DNA from: a virus
IMG/VR virus record: IMGVR_UViG_3300042522_000315
Span: 1-64,000 of that record
Reading direction: 5' to 3' (one strand)
DNA length: 64,000 nucleotides
The notes beneath the pieces were generated by a model, which ran no database searches, had not been told where the DNA came from, and saw nothing but the letters and a program-made list of their open reading frames with translations. How positions within the stretch are numbered: position 1 is the first letter of the stretch; each line of letters begins with the position of its first letter. This document shows positions 55,439 through 63,815 of the stretch, in pieces. A program made the position numbers and the translations under genes.

Positions 55439-58002
55439 TGACAAATTCATTCTATACTAATGTGCAGGTATACGGCTCACGTATCCTGTATCGTGGCATC
55501 GAAAACGGATTTCGTATAACAAAGAAAATCGATTATAACCCAACCCTGTATGTGTCTTCAAAAACCCATACAGGGTTTCACACTATTCATGGTGAATTTG
55601 TTTCTGAAATCAAGCCAGGTAACATTCGTGACTGTCGTGATTTCATCAAGCAATATGAGGGTGTAGAAGGTTTTAAAATCTTCGGTAATCAGCGTTATGA
55701 ATATTCGTTCATTGCTGATAACTTTGATGAACATATCGATTGGGACATTGCAGATATAAACGTAGCAAACATCGATATTGAGGTGGGCAGTGAGAACGGC
55801 TTTCCAGAACCTGATGTTGCTAATGAACCAATCACTGCTATTACCATCAAGACAAAACTTGGCTTTCACGTTTTCGGTTGCGGTGATTTCATCAACAACC
55901 GCGAAGACGTTACATATGTGAAGTGTAGAGATGAATTTGATCTGATCTATAAGTTTCTAGATGTTTGGTCTAATAACAAGAATTATCCCGATATCATCAC
56001 TGGTTGGAATATCAAGTTCTTCGATATTCCATATCTTGTAAACCGTATTACGAAACTGTGTGGTGAAGCAACTGCAAAGAGACTTTCTCCTTGGGGTGTT
56101 ATCAACGAGAGACAAGTTAACTTTGGTCCAGGTCGTCAATTTAAGACATACTCTATTTTGGGTATAGCATCTCTTGACTATATTGATCTGTATCAGCGTT
56201 ATGCTCCTAATGGTAAGTCGCAAGAGTCATATAAACTTGATGCGATTGCTAATGTAGAATTGGGTGAACGTAAGCTTTCATATGAAGAGTATGGTAATCT
56301 TCACTCACTATATCGTGACAATTTTCAGCTATTCATTGAGTATAACATTCGTGACGTTGAACTCATCGATAAGCTTGATGACAAGTTGAAGCTGATTGAA
56401 CTTGTTTTGACCTTGGCATATGACTCCAAAACAAATTATGAAGATGCGTTCACTCAGGTTCGCATGTGGGATATCATCATCTTCAATCATCTTCGAAAGA
56501 AGAAGATCGTTATTCCTCAGAACACCACACATCAGAAAGACAGTATGTATGAAGGTGCATTTGTTAAAAACCCTCTCATTGGTATGCATAAGTGGGTCGC
56601 AAGCTTCGATCTCAATTCTCTGTACCCTCATCTCATTATGCAGTGGAACATTAGCCCTGACACCATCATTGAGCCGGTGCATTATGATGGAACACTAAGA
56701 GAGTTTATCACTCGAAACACAGTAAACGTTGATAATCTTCTTGAGCAGAAGATTGAAACTAGTGTGCTTAAGACTGCTAATGTAACACTGACTCCGAATG
56801 GTCAGTTTTTCACAAAAGAACGACATGGTTTTTTACCTGAGCTTATGGAAACAATGTACAATGACCGTAGCGCATATAAAAAGAAAGCTATCGAAGCTAA
56901 GAAAGAACTTGAAAAAGAAACCGACTCCACAAAACGATATGACATTGAGAAACGCATTGCAAGGTATAATAATCTACAACTTGCGAAGAAGGTCTCTCTG
57001 AACTCAGCTTATGGTGCTTTAGGTAATGAGTTCTTTCGTTTCTTTGATGTGAGACAAGCGTCTGCTATTACTACAGCAGGTCAGTTGTCTATTCGCTGGA
57101 TTGAGAATAAGCTAAATGAGTATATGAACAAGCTACTCAAGACGGAGAAAGAAGATTATGTTATTGCATCAGATACGGATAGCATTTATCTGTCACTTGA
57201 TAAATTGGTCAGCAAGACTATTGTTGAGCAGAACCCAACTGCTGACACAAAGAAAATCATCAAGTTCATGGACAAGGTATGTGAAGATCGCATTCAACCG
57301 TTTATTGACAAAGCTTACTCTGAGCTTGCTGAGTATGTTAATGCCTACGAACAAAAGATGCAAATGAAGCGTGAAGCTCTTGCTGACAAAGGTATCTGGA
57401 CAGCCAAGAAGCGTTACATCATGAATGTCTATAACAACGAAGGTGTTGAGTATGCAAAGCCTAAGGTAAAGGTGATGGGTCTTGAGATGATCAAGTCTTC
57501 AACGCCAGCATACTGCCGCAAGATCATGTGGGAAGCTATTGATATTGTACTGAACAAGTCCGAAGATGATATGATTGATATGATTGAAACTTATCGACAA
57601 GAGTTTAGACGACAGTCAATATCTGATATTGCATTTCCTCGTGGTGTGAATGGACTTGGTAAGTTCGCTGATGCTAAATCTATCTTTGGTAAAGGCACAC
57701 CTATTCACGTTCGTGGTTCATTGATGTATAATGATCTGATCAAGCGCAAGAAACTAGACAAGAATTATCCGATGATCATGGAAGGTGAAAAGATCAAGTT
57801 TCTTTATCTTAAAGAACCAAACACAATTCAGTCTAATGTCATTTCGTTTCCTACGATTGTGCCAAAAGAGCTTGATATAGAGAAGTATGTAGACTATGAT
57901 TTACAATTTGAGAAATCATTTCTTGAACCTCTCAAAATCATTCTCGACAGTATCAATTGGAAAACAGAACATGTCAGTTCACTTGAAGATTTCTTCTCAT
58001 GA
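55438..58002 (+). CDS. gp43: B-family DNA polymerase gp43
   Basis: ExoI DIEV, GWN..FFDIPY, SFDLNSLYP, KVSLNSAYG, SDTDS, KKRY. Confidence 0.98.
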   Translation: MTNSFYTNVQVYGSRILYRGIENGFRITKKIDYNPTLYVSSKTHTGFHTIHGEFVSEIKPGNIRDCRDFIKQYEGVEGFKIFGNQRYEYSFIADNFDEHIDWDIADINVANIDIEVGSENGFPEPDVANEPITAITIKTKLGFHVFGCGDFINNREDVTYVKCRDEFDLIYKFLDVWSNNKNYPDIITGWNIKFFDIPYLVNRITKLCGEATAKRLSPWGVINERQVNFGPGRQFKTYSILGIASLDYIDLYQRYAPNGKSQESYKLDAIANVELGERKLSYEEYGNLHSLYRDNFQLFIEYNIRDVELIDKLDDKLKLIELVLTLAYDSKTNYEDAFTQVRMWDIIIFNHLRKKKIVIPQNTTHQKDSMYEGAFVKNPLIGMHKWVASFDLNSLYPHLIMQWNISPDTIIEPVHYDGTLREFITRNTVNVDNLLEQKIETSVLKTANVTLTPNGQFFTKERHGFLPELMETMYNDRSAYKKKAIEAKKELEKETDSTKRYDIEKRIARYNNLQLAKKVSLNSAYGALGNEFFRFFDVRQASAITTAGQLSIRWIENKLNEYMNKLLKTEKEDYVIASDTDSIYLSLDKLVSKTIVEQNPTADTKKIIKFMDKVCEDRIQPFIDKAYSELAEYVNAYEQKMQMKREALADKGIWTAKKRYIMNVYNNEGVEYAKPKVKVMGLEMIKSSTPAYCRKIMWEAIDIVLNKSEDDMIDMIETYRQEFRRQSISDIAFPRGVNGLGKFADAKSIFGKGTPIHVRGSLMYNDLIKRKKLDKNYPMIMEGEKIKFLYLKEPNTIQSNVISFPTIVPKELDIEKYVDYDLQFEKSFLEPLKIILDSINWKTEHVSSLEDFFS

Positions 58003-58538
58003 GTTTGGAACAATTTACAAGACTTGCTGGTTCAGGCAATCCTAACCGGAAGAAAGATGACTTCTACGCGACTCCAGATTGGGCTATTGATGCCCTTCTG
58101 GACCGCGAAAAGTTTTCTGGTGAGATTTGGGAACCAGCATGTGGTGATGGTGCCATCTGTAAGAGATTGCAGCGTTACGGATACAATCATATATACGCAA
58201 CGGATCTGATTGACCGAGGATATGGTGATGCACACTTTGATTTTATGTATAGTCATAGAAAAACTGACAACATCATTACCAATCCCCCTTTCAAGATCGG
58301 AACCAAGTTCACCCTTCATGCTTTAAACTTGGCTGAGAAGAAAGTTGCTATGTTCAACAAGCTAAGTTTTCTTGAAGGCAAAGAAAGACGAGATAGACTT
58401 TTCTCTTTGAATGTTTTAGAATATGTGTATGTATTCGGTAATCGTGTCGGATTTAATGGAGGTGGTGGGATGCTTGCCTTCGCATGGTTTGTTTTCAATA
58501 ATGAATATAAAGGTGAACCTAAATTGAGGTGGATATAA
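57999..58538 (+). CDS. DNA amino-methyltransferase (N6-A/N4-C type)
   Basis: DFYATP, WEPACGDG, IITNPPF. Confidence 0.8.
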   Translation: MSLEQFTRLAGSGNPNRKKDDFYATPDWAIDALLDREKFSGEIWEPACGDGAICKRLQRYGYNHIYATDLIDRGYGDAHFDFMYSHRKTDNIITNPPFKIGTKFTLHALNLAEKKVAMFNKLSFLEGKERRDRLFSLNVLEYVYVFGNRVGFNGGGGMLAFAWFVFNNEYKGEPKLRWI

Positions 58539-58996
58539 TGGCAAAATATGATCACGGTGGTGGATGCCCATGTGGATTATACAAAGAGTGTGATCCAGGA
58601 TGTAGAGAATATAAAGACAAAGACTTTGATAAAATAATGGAAAAGATTGCAGCAGAACGCAAAATGCCTTATGTTGAATCAGTAAAACGCCCGTGGGGTG
58701 AGTGGCAGGTACTTGATGTTGATCAGGGATACAAGGTCAAGCGTCTTGAGATTTTACCTGATCAAGCAATCTCACTTCAGTATCATAAGCATCGCTCAGA
58801 ACACTGGACAATTGTGCAGGGTGAAGGTAAAGTCATTGTTGATGGTAGCATCTTTACTGTGAAGAAGGGTGAATCATTTCATGTGCCAAAGCTTTCTCTT
58901 CATAAGATTGCTAATACTCACCTGAATGAAACACTCATTGCGATTGAAGTTCAGATGGGTGAGATATGCAGCGAAGACGATATCGTTCGCTGCTAA
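58538..58996 (+). CDS. cupin, mannose-6-phosphate isomerase type II C-terminal domain
   Basis: RPWG.W, KVKR, SLQYH.HRSEHW, IEVQ.G....EDDI.R. Confidence 0.85.
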   Translation: MAKYDHGGGCPCGLYKECDPGCREYKDKDFDKIMEKIAAERKMPYVESVKRPWGEWQVLDVDQGYKVKRLEILPDQAISLQYHKHRSEHWTIVQGEGKVIVDGSIFTVKKGESFHVPKLSLHKIANTHLNETLIAIEVQMGEICSEDDIVRC

Positions 58997-59046
58997 ATAC
59001 CTCGTCACGGAGAATCGTGACATCAACATAATATTGGAGAATCAAT

Positions 59047-60096
59047 ATGTCAAATATGTTTACATCCTTACTCAAGGAGATTGATAATGAATACGCTGGC
59101 ATCGCGGATGAAGGAGTCGAAGCTGGTGATGTTACTGGTTTTATTGGCACTGGCAGCTATAGTCTTAACGCTCTGCTATCTGGTAGCATCTATGGGGGTT
59201 TACCTGCTAACAAAGTCACAGCACTCGCTGGTGAACCGTCTACAGGAAAGACCTTTTACGCAATCAACATTGTCAGACAGTTCCTCAGAGAAAACGAAAC
59301 AGGATTCGTCTTCTACTTTGAATCCGAATCTGCTATATCTAAGCAAATGCTTACAGATAGAGGCATTGACACAAAGCGAGTTGCAGTTGTGCCAGTCGCA
59401 ACTATCCAAGAGTTCAGAACCCAAGCAGTAAAGATCCTCGACAAGTACATTGAAGACAAGACAAGCAAAGATCGTCCACCAATGATGTTTGTTCTCGACT
59501 CACTTGGTAATCTTTCAACCGATAAAGAAATGCAAGACATTGCAGATGGTAAAGACACACGAGACATGACCCGTGCTCAGTTGGTGCGTGGTGCATTCCG
59601 TGTTCTCACTTTGAAGCTTGGTAAGGCTAAGGTGCCTCTCATTGTGACCAATCACGTTTACGATGTTGTTGGTTCATATGTGCCGACAAAGAAGATGGGT
59701 GGTGGTTCTGGTCTTGAGTATGCTGCATCTACTATTCTGTTCTTGTCCAAGAAGAAAGACAAGGACAAGGATAATCAGATCACTGGTGCAATCATCACCG
59801 CAAATCTAAAGAAGGCTCGACTGACTATTGAAAATAAGAAAGTAGAGACACTACTCGACTATACAGATGGTCTTGATCCATATTATGGTCTTCTTGATCT
59901 TGCTGAGAAGTTTGACATCATCAAGAAGGTATCTACACGATATGAATTGCCAGATGGAACAAAAGCATTTGAATCTGCTATTCTAAATGATCCTGAGAAG
60001 TATTTTACGAAGGACATTCTTGATCGAATTGATGAAGCATGTAAGAATGAATTCTTGTATGGTAAGTCTAATGTTGCAGATGGAGAAGACGAATGA
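59047..60096 (+). CDS. uvsX: RecA-like recombinase UvsX
   Basis: [43 protein letters not shown]. Confidence 0.96.
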   Translation: MSNMFTSLLKEIDNEYAGIADEGVEAGDVTGFIGTGSYSLNALLSGSIYGGLPANKVTALAGEPSTGKTFYAINIVRQFLRENETGFVFYFESESAISKQMLTDRGIDTKRVAVVPVATIQEFRTQAVKILDKYIEDKTSKDRPPMMFVLDSLGNLSTDKEMQDIADGKDTRDMTRAQLVRGAFRVLTLKLGKAKVPLIVTNHVYDVVGSYVPTKKMGGGSGLEYAASTILFLSKKKDKDKDNQITGAIITANLKKARLTIENKKVETLLDYTDGLDPYYGLLDLAEKFDIIKKVSTRYELPDGTKAFESAILNDPEKYFTKDILDRIDEACKNEFLYGKSNVADGEDE

Positions 60097-60416
60097 TTAT
60101 TGGTCAAGACTATAAGTTCCGTGATGATATGAAGGACTATGATACAGTCCCTATTGAAATCTTGATTGAGCCTTGGAATGGCGTTATACTTCGATACGTA
60201 CAAGTATCAGTTAAGGAACTGGAAAACGATAGTGCGGTTCTGCAATTCTCATATGATCTACTTGATATGGGTAATCATACAGAGACTAATCTCAGACGAA
60301 GCAAAAAGTTTGAAGAGTTTGCAGGATTGATTTTGAACCATATGATTTTGGAGGTTTCTGAGCATGTCGCAGCTAAGTCTGGAAAAGACGATATTGAAGA
60401 GTTTGTTGAGGAATGA
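60093..60416 (+). CDS. gp40-like head vertex assembly chaperone
   Basis: Position between uvsX and gp41; IEIL....GV..RY..V. Confidence 0.6.
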   Translation: MIIGQDYKFRDDMKDYDTVPIEILIEPWNGVILRYVQVSVKELENDSAVLQFSYDLLDMGNHTETNLRRSKKFEEFAGLILNHMILEVSEHVAAKSGKDDIEEFVEE

Positions 60417-61746
60417 AAACTATTGCCGCAAAGTAATACCATTTCTCAAGAGTGAGTACTTTTCGAATGAAGACAAGGTTCTTTTTGAACAGATCAATGA
60501 CTTCATTCTGAAGTATAACAAACGACCTACTGCTGATGCTCTAGAAATTGAAATCAATTCTCTAGTTAAGATTACCGAAGAAGAAGTTAAGGCATGTAAG
60601 AGTGCCTTAACTTCCTTTGACGAATCCAAAGAAGAGACATCTGAAGAATGGCTGATTGATAAGACAGAGACGTTCTGTCAAGAGAAGGCAATCTATCAAG
60701 CAATGATGTTATCCATTGAAATCATGAATGGACAAAACAAGACACTTGGTAAAGGATCTATTCCTCATGTATTGACCGAAGCACTCTCAGTTTCATTTGA
60801 CCCAAATATCGGTCATGATTTCTTCCAAGATGTAGAAAAGCGATATGATTTCTATCATAGAGTAGAAGAACGTATTCCGTTTGATCTTGAGTTCTTCAAC
60901 AAGATCACCAAAGGTGGTTTGCCCAAGAAGACTTTGAATATCATTCTTGCCGGTACTGGTGTCGGTAAGTCTCTTGCTATGTGTCACTTTGCTGCTGCCA
61001 ATCTAACAATTGGTAAGAATGTTTTGTACATCACAATGGAAATGGCAGAAGAAAGAATTGCAGAACGTATTGATGCAAATCTTCTTAACACAGCAGTTGA
61101 CGATCTAGAGAAGATGCCAAAAGATTTGTATGAGAGAAAGGTTGCATCTCTCAAGAACAAGACCAATGGTAAGTTGATCATCAAAGAGTATCCTACTGCA
61201 TCTGCTTCGTCTCAGCATTTCAGAACTCTGCTAAATGAACTGAGATTGAAGAAGAGCTTCGAACCTGATATCATCTATATCGACTATCTTAACATTTGTT
61301 CCTCTGCTAGAATGAAAGCTGGACCTAATGTTAATTCTTATACGTTCATCAAAGCAATTGCAGAAGAACTAAGAGGTCTTGCAGTCGAGTTTGATGTTCC
61401 AATTATATCTGCTACACAAACTACAAGAGGCGGCTACTCAAATTCAGATGTTGGTCTTGAAGATACATCGGAATCATTTGGTCTGCCAGCGACTGCCGAT
61501 TTCATGTTTGCGTTGATCAGCACTGAGCAACTTGAAGACTTAGGTCAGATCATGGTGAAGCAATTGAAGAACCGATACAATGATCCGACAACTAACAAGA
61601 GATTTGTCATTGGTGTAGATAGACCTAAAATGAAACTGTATGATGCTGAAGCTTCTGCACAAAATGATATTGCAGACAGCGGTCAAATTCAAATGCCTAA
61701 CAAGACGAACGACAAGAGAGACAAATTCAAAGGTATCAAGGTTTAA
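60364..61746 (+). CDS. gp41: replicative DNA helicase gp41
   Basis: AGTGVGKS, TMEMAEE, IKEYPT, IDYLNI, SATQTTR, SESFGLPATAD, QLKNRY. Confidence 0.97.
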   Translation: MSQLSLEKTILKSLLRNENYCRKVIPFLKSEYFSNEDKVLFEQINDFILKYNKRPTADALEIEINSLVKITEEEVKACKSALTSFDESKEETSEEWLIDKTETFCQEKAIYQAMMLSIEIMNGQNKTLGKGSIPHVLTEALSVSFDPNIGHDFFQDVEKRYDFYHRVEERIPFDLEFFNKITKGGLPKKTLNIILAGTGVGKSLAMCHFAAANLTIGKNVLYITMEMAEERIAERIDANLLNTAVDDLEKMPKDLYERKVASLKNKTNGKLIIKEYPTASASSQHFRTLLNELRLKKSFEPDIIYIDYLNICSSARMKAGPNVNSYTFIKAIAEELRGLAVEFDVPIISATQTTRGGYSNSDVGLEDTSESFGLPATADFMFALISTEQLEDLGQIMVKQLKNRYNDPTTNKRFVIGVDRPKMKLYDAEASAQNDIADSGQIQMPNKTNDKRDKFKGIKV

Positions 61747-61757
61747 GGAGAGAAAAC

Positions 61758-61979
61758 ATGAAGAACTATGAAGTTGTACTTGATGACAATGACTATTCTT
61801 GGCTTGTATATGAAACTCATACGGATCAGATCATCAAAGCGTTTTTCTTTGAAGATGAAGCTTCAGAATACACTCAATTTCTGAACAAGGGTGGTGCGTT
61901 TGATGGTTGGACACCAAGATTTATGACCACAAAATCTCTCATTGATATCAATGACATATTTGATGCAGAATTCTCTTGA
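61758..61979 (+). CDS. hypothetical protein
   Basis: AGGAG Shine-Dalgarno; GGAFDGWTP.F motif. Confidence 0.6.
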   Translation: MKNYEVVLDDNDYSWLVYETHTDQIIKAFFFEDEASEYTQFLNKGGAFDGWTPRFMTTKSLIDINDIFDAEFS

Positions 61980-62003
61980 CGATGGCAACAGATATGCTAT
62001 TAT
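61976..62003 (+). promoter_or_regulatory. sigma70-type promoter
   Basis: TTGACG-16 bp-TATTAT with a TGn extension. Confidence 0.5.
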
Positions 62004-62030
62004 GTGTGCATAAAAGAGAGAGTTAATGAC

Positions 62031-62297
62031 ATGAGCAAGATTGCTTCTAGTTGTGAAAACTGTATCTGGGCCAAGAGATATCCTAAGGCTGAGAAGCCAA
62101 AGACTGCTGATGAAATCTGGTCACAGAAGACGTTTTGGCAGAAGTTCTTCGGTGACTTCATGATGCTTAGTTTTGAAGTTGAACTTATGGAAGCCAAATA
62201 TGATCGGCATATAAACTATCGCAAGTGTACTCGGTATCCTAAGATTATTGAAAAGAACAAGAATGATTTTTGTGGTGAGCATGTAAACAATGGTTAA
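62031..62297 (+). CDS. hypothetical Cys-containing protein
   Basis: CENC...C.RYP...D.CGEH. Confidence 0.55.
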   Translation: MSKIASSCENCIWAKRYPKAEKPKTADEIWSQKTFWQKFFGDFMMLSFEVELMEAKYDRHINYRKCTRYPKIIEKNKNDFCGEHVNNG

Positions 62298-62478
62298 GTC
62301 GTATGATGTAAGTTTTGAAATGGTTGACAACCGCGCAGGGTTCATGCTATATTGTTTCGAAGATGACGATTGTATCTGGGAACAGTTCTTCGTGAATAGC
62401 GATGATGCTCACATGATAGGTCAGAAATTTCTTGATGGTCTATATATCAGGGGTTTTCCTGTTGACGAATTTGTATAA
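62290..62478 (+). CDS. hypothetical protein
   Basis: 62-aa coupled ORF. Confidence 0.5.
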   Translation: MVKSYDVSFEMVDNRAGFMLYCFEDDDCIWEQFFVNSDDAHMIGQKFLDGLYIRGFPVDEFV

Positions 62479-62481
62479 ATA
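62474..62481 (+). promoter_or_regulatory. late promoter TATAAATA at the head of the tRNA region
   Basis: Exact consensus 11 nt before the tRNA-like RNA. Confidence 0.7.
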
Positions 62482-62492
62482 AATATTCAAAA

Positions 62493-62575
62493 GGCCACTT
62501 AGCCGAGGTCGGCTTCTACCCGACTAGACGTAACTGGAGCTGAAAATGGGGGTTCGAATCCCTCAGTGGTCGCCA
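62493..62575 (+). tRNA. non-canonical tRNA-Arg(TCT)-like RNA lacking a D-arm, with a 23-nt variable region
   Basis: Acceptor GGCCACT/AGTGGTC-G-CCA; GTCGG-CTTCTAC-CCGAC; GGGGG-TTCGAAT-CCCTC. Confidence 0.7.
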
Positions 62576-62597
62576 ATTTTTGTAATGGAGAAAGTAA

Positions 62598-62864
62598 ATG
62601 TCTGCACCGAAGTCTAAGTCTGCTTACACCTCTAAGGGTGAACGTGAAGCAAATCGTAGTCTGTCAAAGGCTATCAAGCGTGAACGTTCCGCTATTGATA
62701 AGTGGACACTCTTGCAGAAGGCATGGTTAAAGGGTAAGAACCCGTGGGTTACTGTGCCTAATCCTAATACAGCCGACACTCGCGCACGATATGTTCGTGT
62801 TCGTGCTGAGACTGAGTGGGGTGATCCTCGCAAGGGCTTCATGTTCGGCGCAATGAAGGACTAA
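62598..62864 (+). CDS. basic hypothetical protein
   Basis: GGAG Shine-Dalgarno; YTSKGER, AW.KGKNPW.T.PNPN. Confidence 0.6.
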   Translation: MSAPKSKSAYTSKGEREANRSLSKAIKRERSAIDKWTLLQKAWLKGKNPWVTVPNPNTADTRARYVRVRAETEWGDPRKGFMFGAMKD

Positions 62865-62871
62865 ACAATAC

Positions 62872-62947
62872 GCCCCTTTAGCCCAGCGGTAGAGGCAAGC
62901 GACTTAAAATCGCTCAAGGGACAGTTCGAATCTGTCAAGGGGCACCA
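62872..62947 (+). tRNA. tRNA-Leu(TAA), short variable loop
   Basis: GCCCCTT/AAGGGGC-A-CCA; AGCGA-CTTAAAA-TCGCT; TTCGAAT. Confidence 0.9.
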
Positions 62948-62951
62948 ATTC

Positions 62952-63027
62952 GCGCCTGTAGCATAGCGGTTAATGCTGACGGCTCATAACCGTCCGATCC
63001 TCAGTTCGAATCTGAGCGGGCGCACCA
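62952..63027 (+). tRNA. tRNA with CAT anticodon (elongator Met or Ile2)
   Basis: GCGCCTG/CGGGCGC-A-CCA; GACGG-CTCATAA-CCGTC. Confidence 0.9.
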
Positions 63028-63039
63028 AATGCGGAGTTG

Positions 63040-63186
63040 ATGATGACACACATTGACATGGACGGCAAACGCTGTAAGTCTTGTGAAAAAGGTCACTATA
63101 AAGAAACCTCTTTGTGGGATGACTGGGACGGCAAGCTGCATTGTTCTAAATGTGGTCATGAAACAAAACGATACGTAGAGAAATAA
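63040..63186 (+). CDS. small zinc-ribbon protein (not in the supplied ORF track)
   Basis: GGAG Shine-Dalgarno; CKSC...DDWDG.LHCSKC, 48 aa. Confidence 0.6.
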   Translation: MMTHIDMDGKRCKSCEKGHYKETSLWDDWDGKLHCSKCGHETKRYVEK

Positions 63187-63278
63187 CGGCGTGGGTGTTG
63201 GTACACGGGAGGGCCTTATAATCCCTTTAGCACTAGATGAGTGTTCTTGACTTGGTTCGAATCCAAGCACGCCGACCA
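63187..63278 (+). tRNA. tRNA-Ile(TAT) with long variable arm
   Basis: CGGCGTG/CACGCCG-A-CCA; loop CTTATAA; V-arm AGCACT-AGATG-AGTGTT; CTTGG-TTCGAAT-CCAAG. Confidence 0.8.
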
Positions 63279-63295
63279 ACCTTTGAGGATATATA

Positions 63296-63472
63296 ATGAA
63301 CGAATGGTTTGATAGAGGATGTTTCTGTGTTACATGGGTAGGTTTCATGTGGATTGTAGATATGCTGTTGAGTAACACTGGTGTTATCACATATAGTGCA
63401 TTGATGATTGGTGCTGTTACACTTGTTATCATAGGCCTAATCAGGCAATACTGGGCGAGAGTGACGGAATAG
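63296..63472 (+). CDS. small two-TM membrane protein (not in the supplied ORF track)
   Basis: GAGGA Shine-Dalgarno; 58 aa with two hydrophobic stretches; 3' end overlaps tRNA-Leu(CAA). Confidence 0.5.
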   Translation: MNEWFDRGCFCVTWVGFMWIVDMLLSNTGVITYSALMIGAVTLVIIGLIRQYWARVTE

Positions 63473-63531
63473 GTATACGTATCGGTCTCAAAAACCGAGT
63501 TCTGTGGGTTCGAGTCCCACCTTTCGCACCA
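63455..63531 (+). tRNA. tRNA-Leu(CAA), short variable loop
   Basis: GCGAGAG/CTTTCGC-A-CCA; TCGGT-CTCAAAA-ACCGA; GTTCGAG. Confidence 0.9.
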
Positions 63532-63539
63532 AAAAAAAG

Positions 63540-63580
63540 TTGACAACCTAATAAAATCCTGCTAGGATGTTGTATAAATA
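63540..63580 (+). promoter_or_regulatory. tandem sigma70-type and late promoters
   Basis: TTGACA-17 bp-TAGGAT followed by TATAAATA (63573-63580). Confidence 0.65.
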
Positions 63581-63604
63581 GAATACAGTTTAAGAAAGAC
63601 GAAA

Positions 63605-63685
63605 ATGAAACATTATTACCCATTCACGATTAATCAAGAGACACGCCAGCCAGCATGGGCAGGTGTGATGAGGGGTTCTATGTAG
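63605..63685 (+). CDS. putative attenuator leader peptide MKHYYPFTINQETRQPAWAGVMRGSM
   Basis: 26-codon ORF between the promoters and a terminator; its last codons contain GGGGTT, complementary to the terminator 5' arm. Confidence 0.55.
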   Translation: MKHYYPFTINQETRQPAWAGVMRGSM

Positions 63686-63712
63686 TTAAGTCATCGTAAA
63701 GACTTAGTTTTT

Positions 63713-63748
63713 AAAACCCCGAAGCGAAAGTTTCGGGGTTTTTCTTTT
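63713..63748 (+). terminator. intrinsic terminator (attenuator candidate)
   Basis: AAAACCCCGAAGC-GAAA-GTTTCGGGGTTTTTCTTTT. Confidence 0.9.
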
Positions 63749-63758
63749 AAAAAAGTGC

Positions 63759-63787
63759 TTGCAAAGACCGAATCAGTGTGATATATT
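63759..63787 (+). promoter_or_regulatory. sigma70-type early promoter
   Basis: TTGCAA-17 bp-TATATT with a TGn extension. Confidence 0.7.
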
Positions 63788-63815
63788 CTTTTTGTAACTG
63801 ATGAGGAGAAGCTGA

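Noticed and set aside
4197-61746. Introns or inteins in terminase, gp43, gp41, uvsX or gp46
   Set aside because: All are uninterrupted and of normal length, with no intein-like insertions seen.
63001-63546. 181-aa minus-strand ORF
   Set aside because: It is the reverse complement of tRNA genes; WDSNP, GFEP and DSN are typical tRNA-antisense translations.
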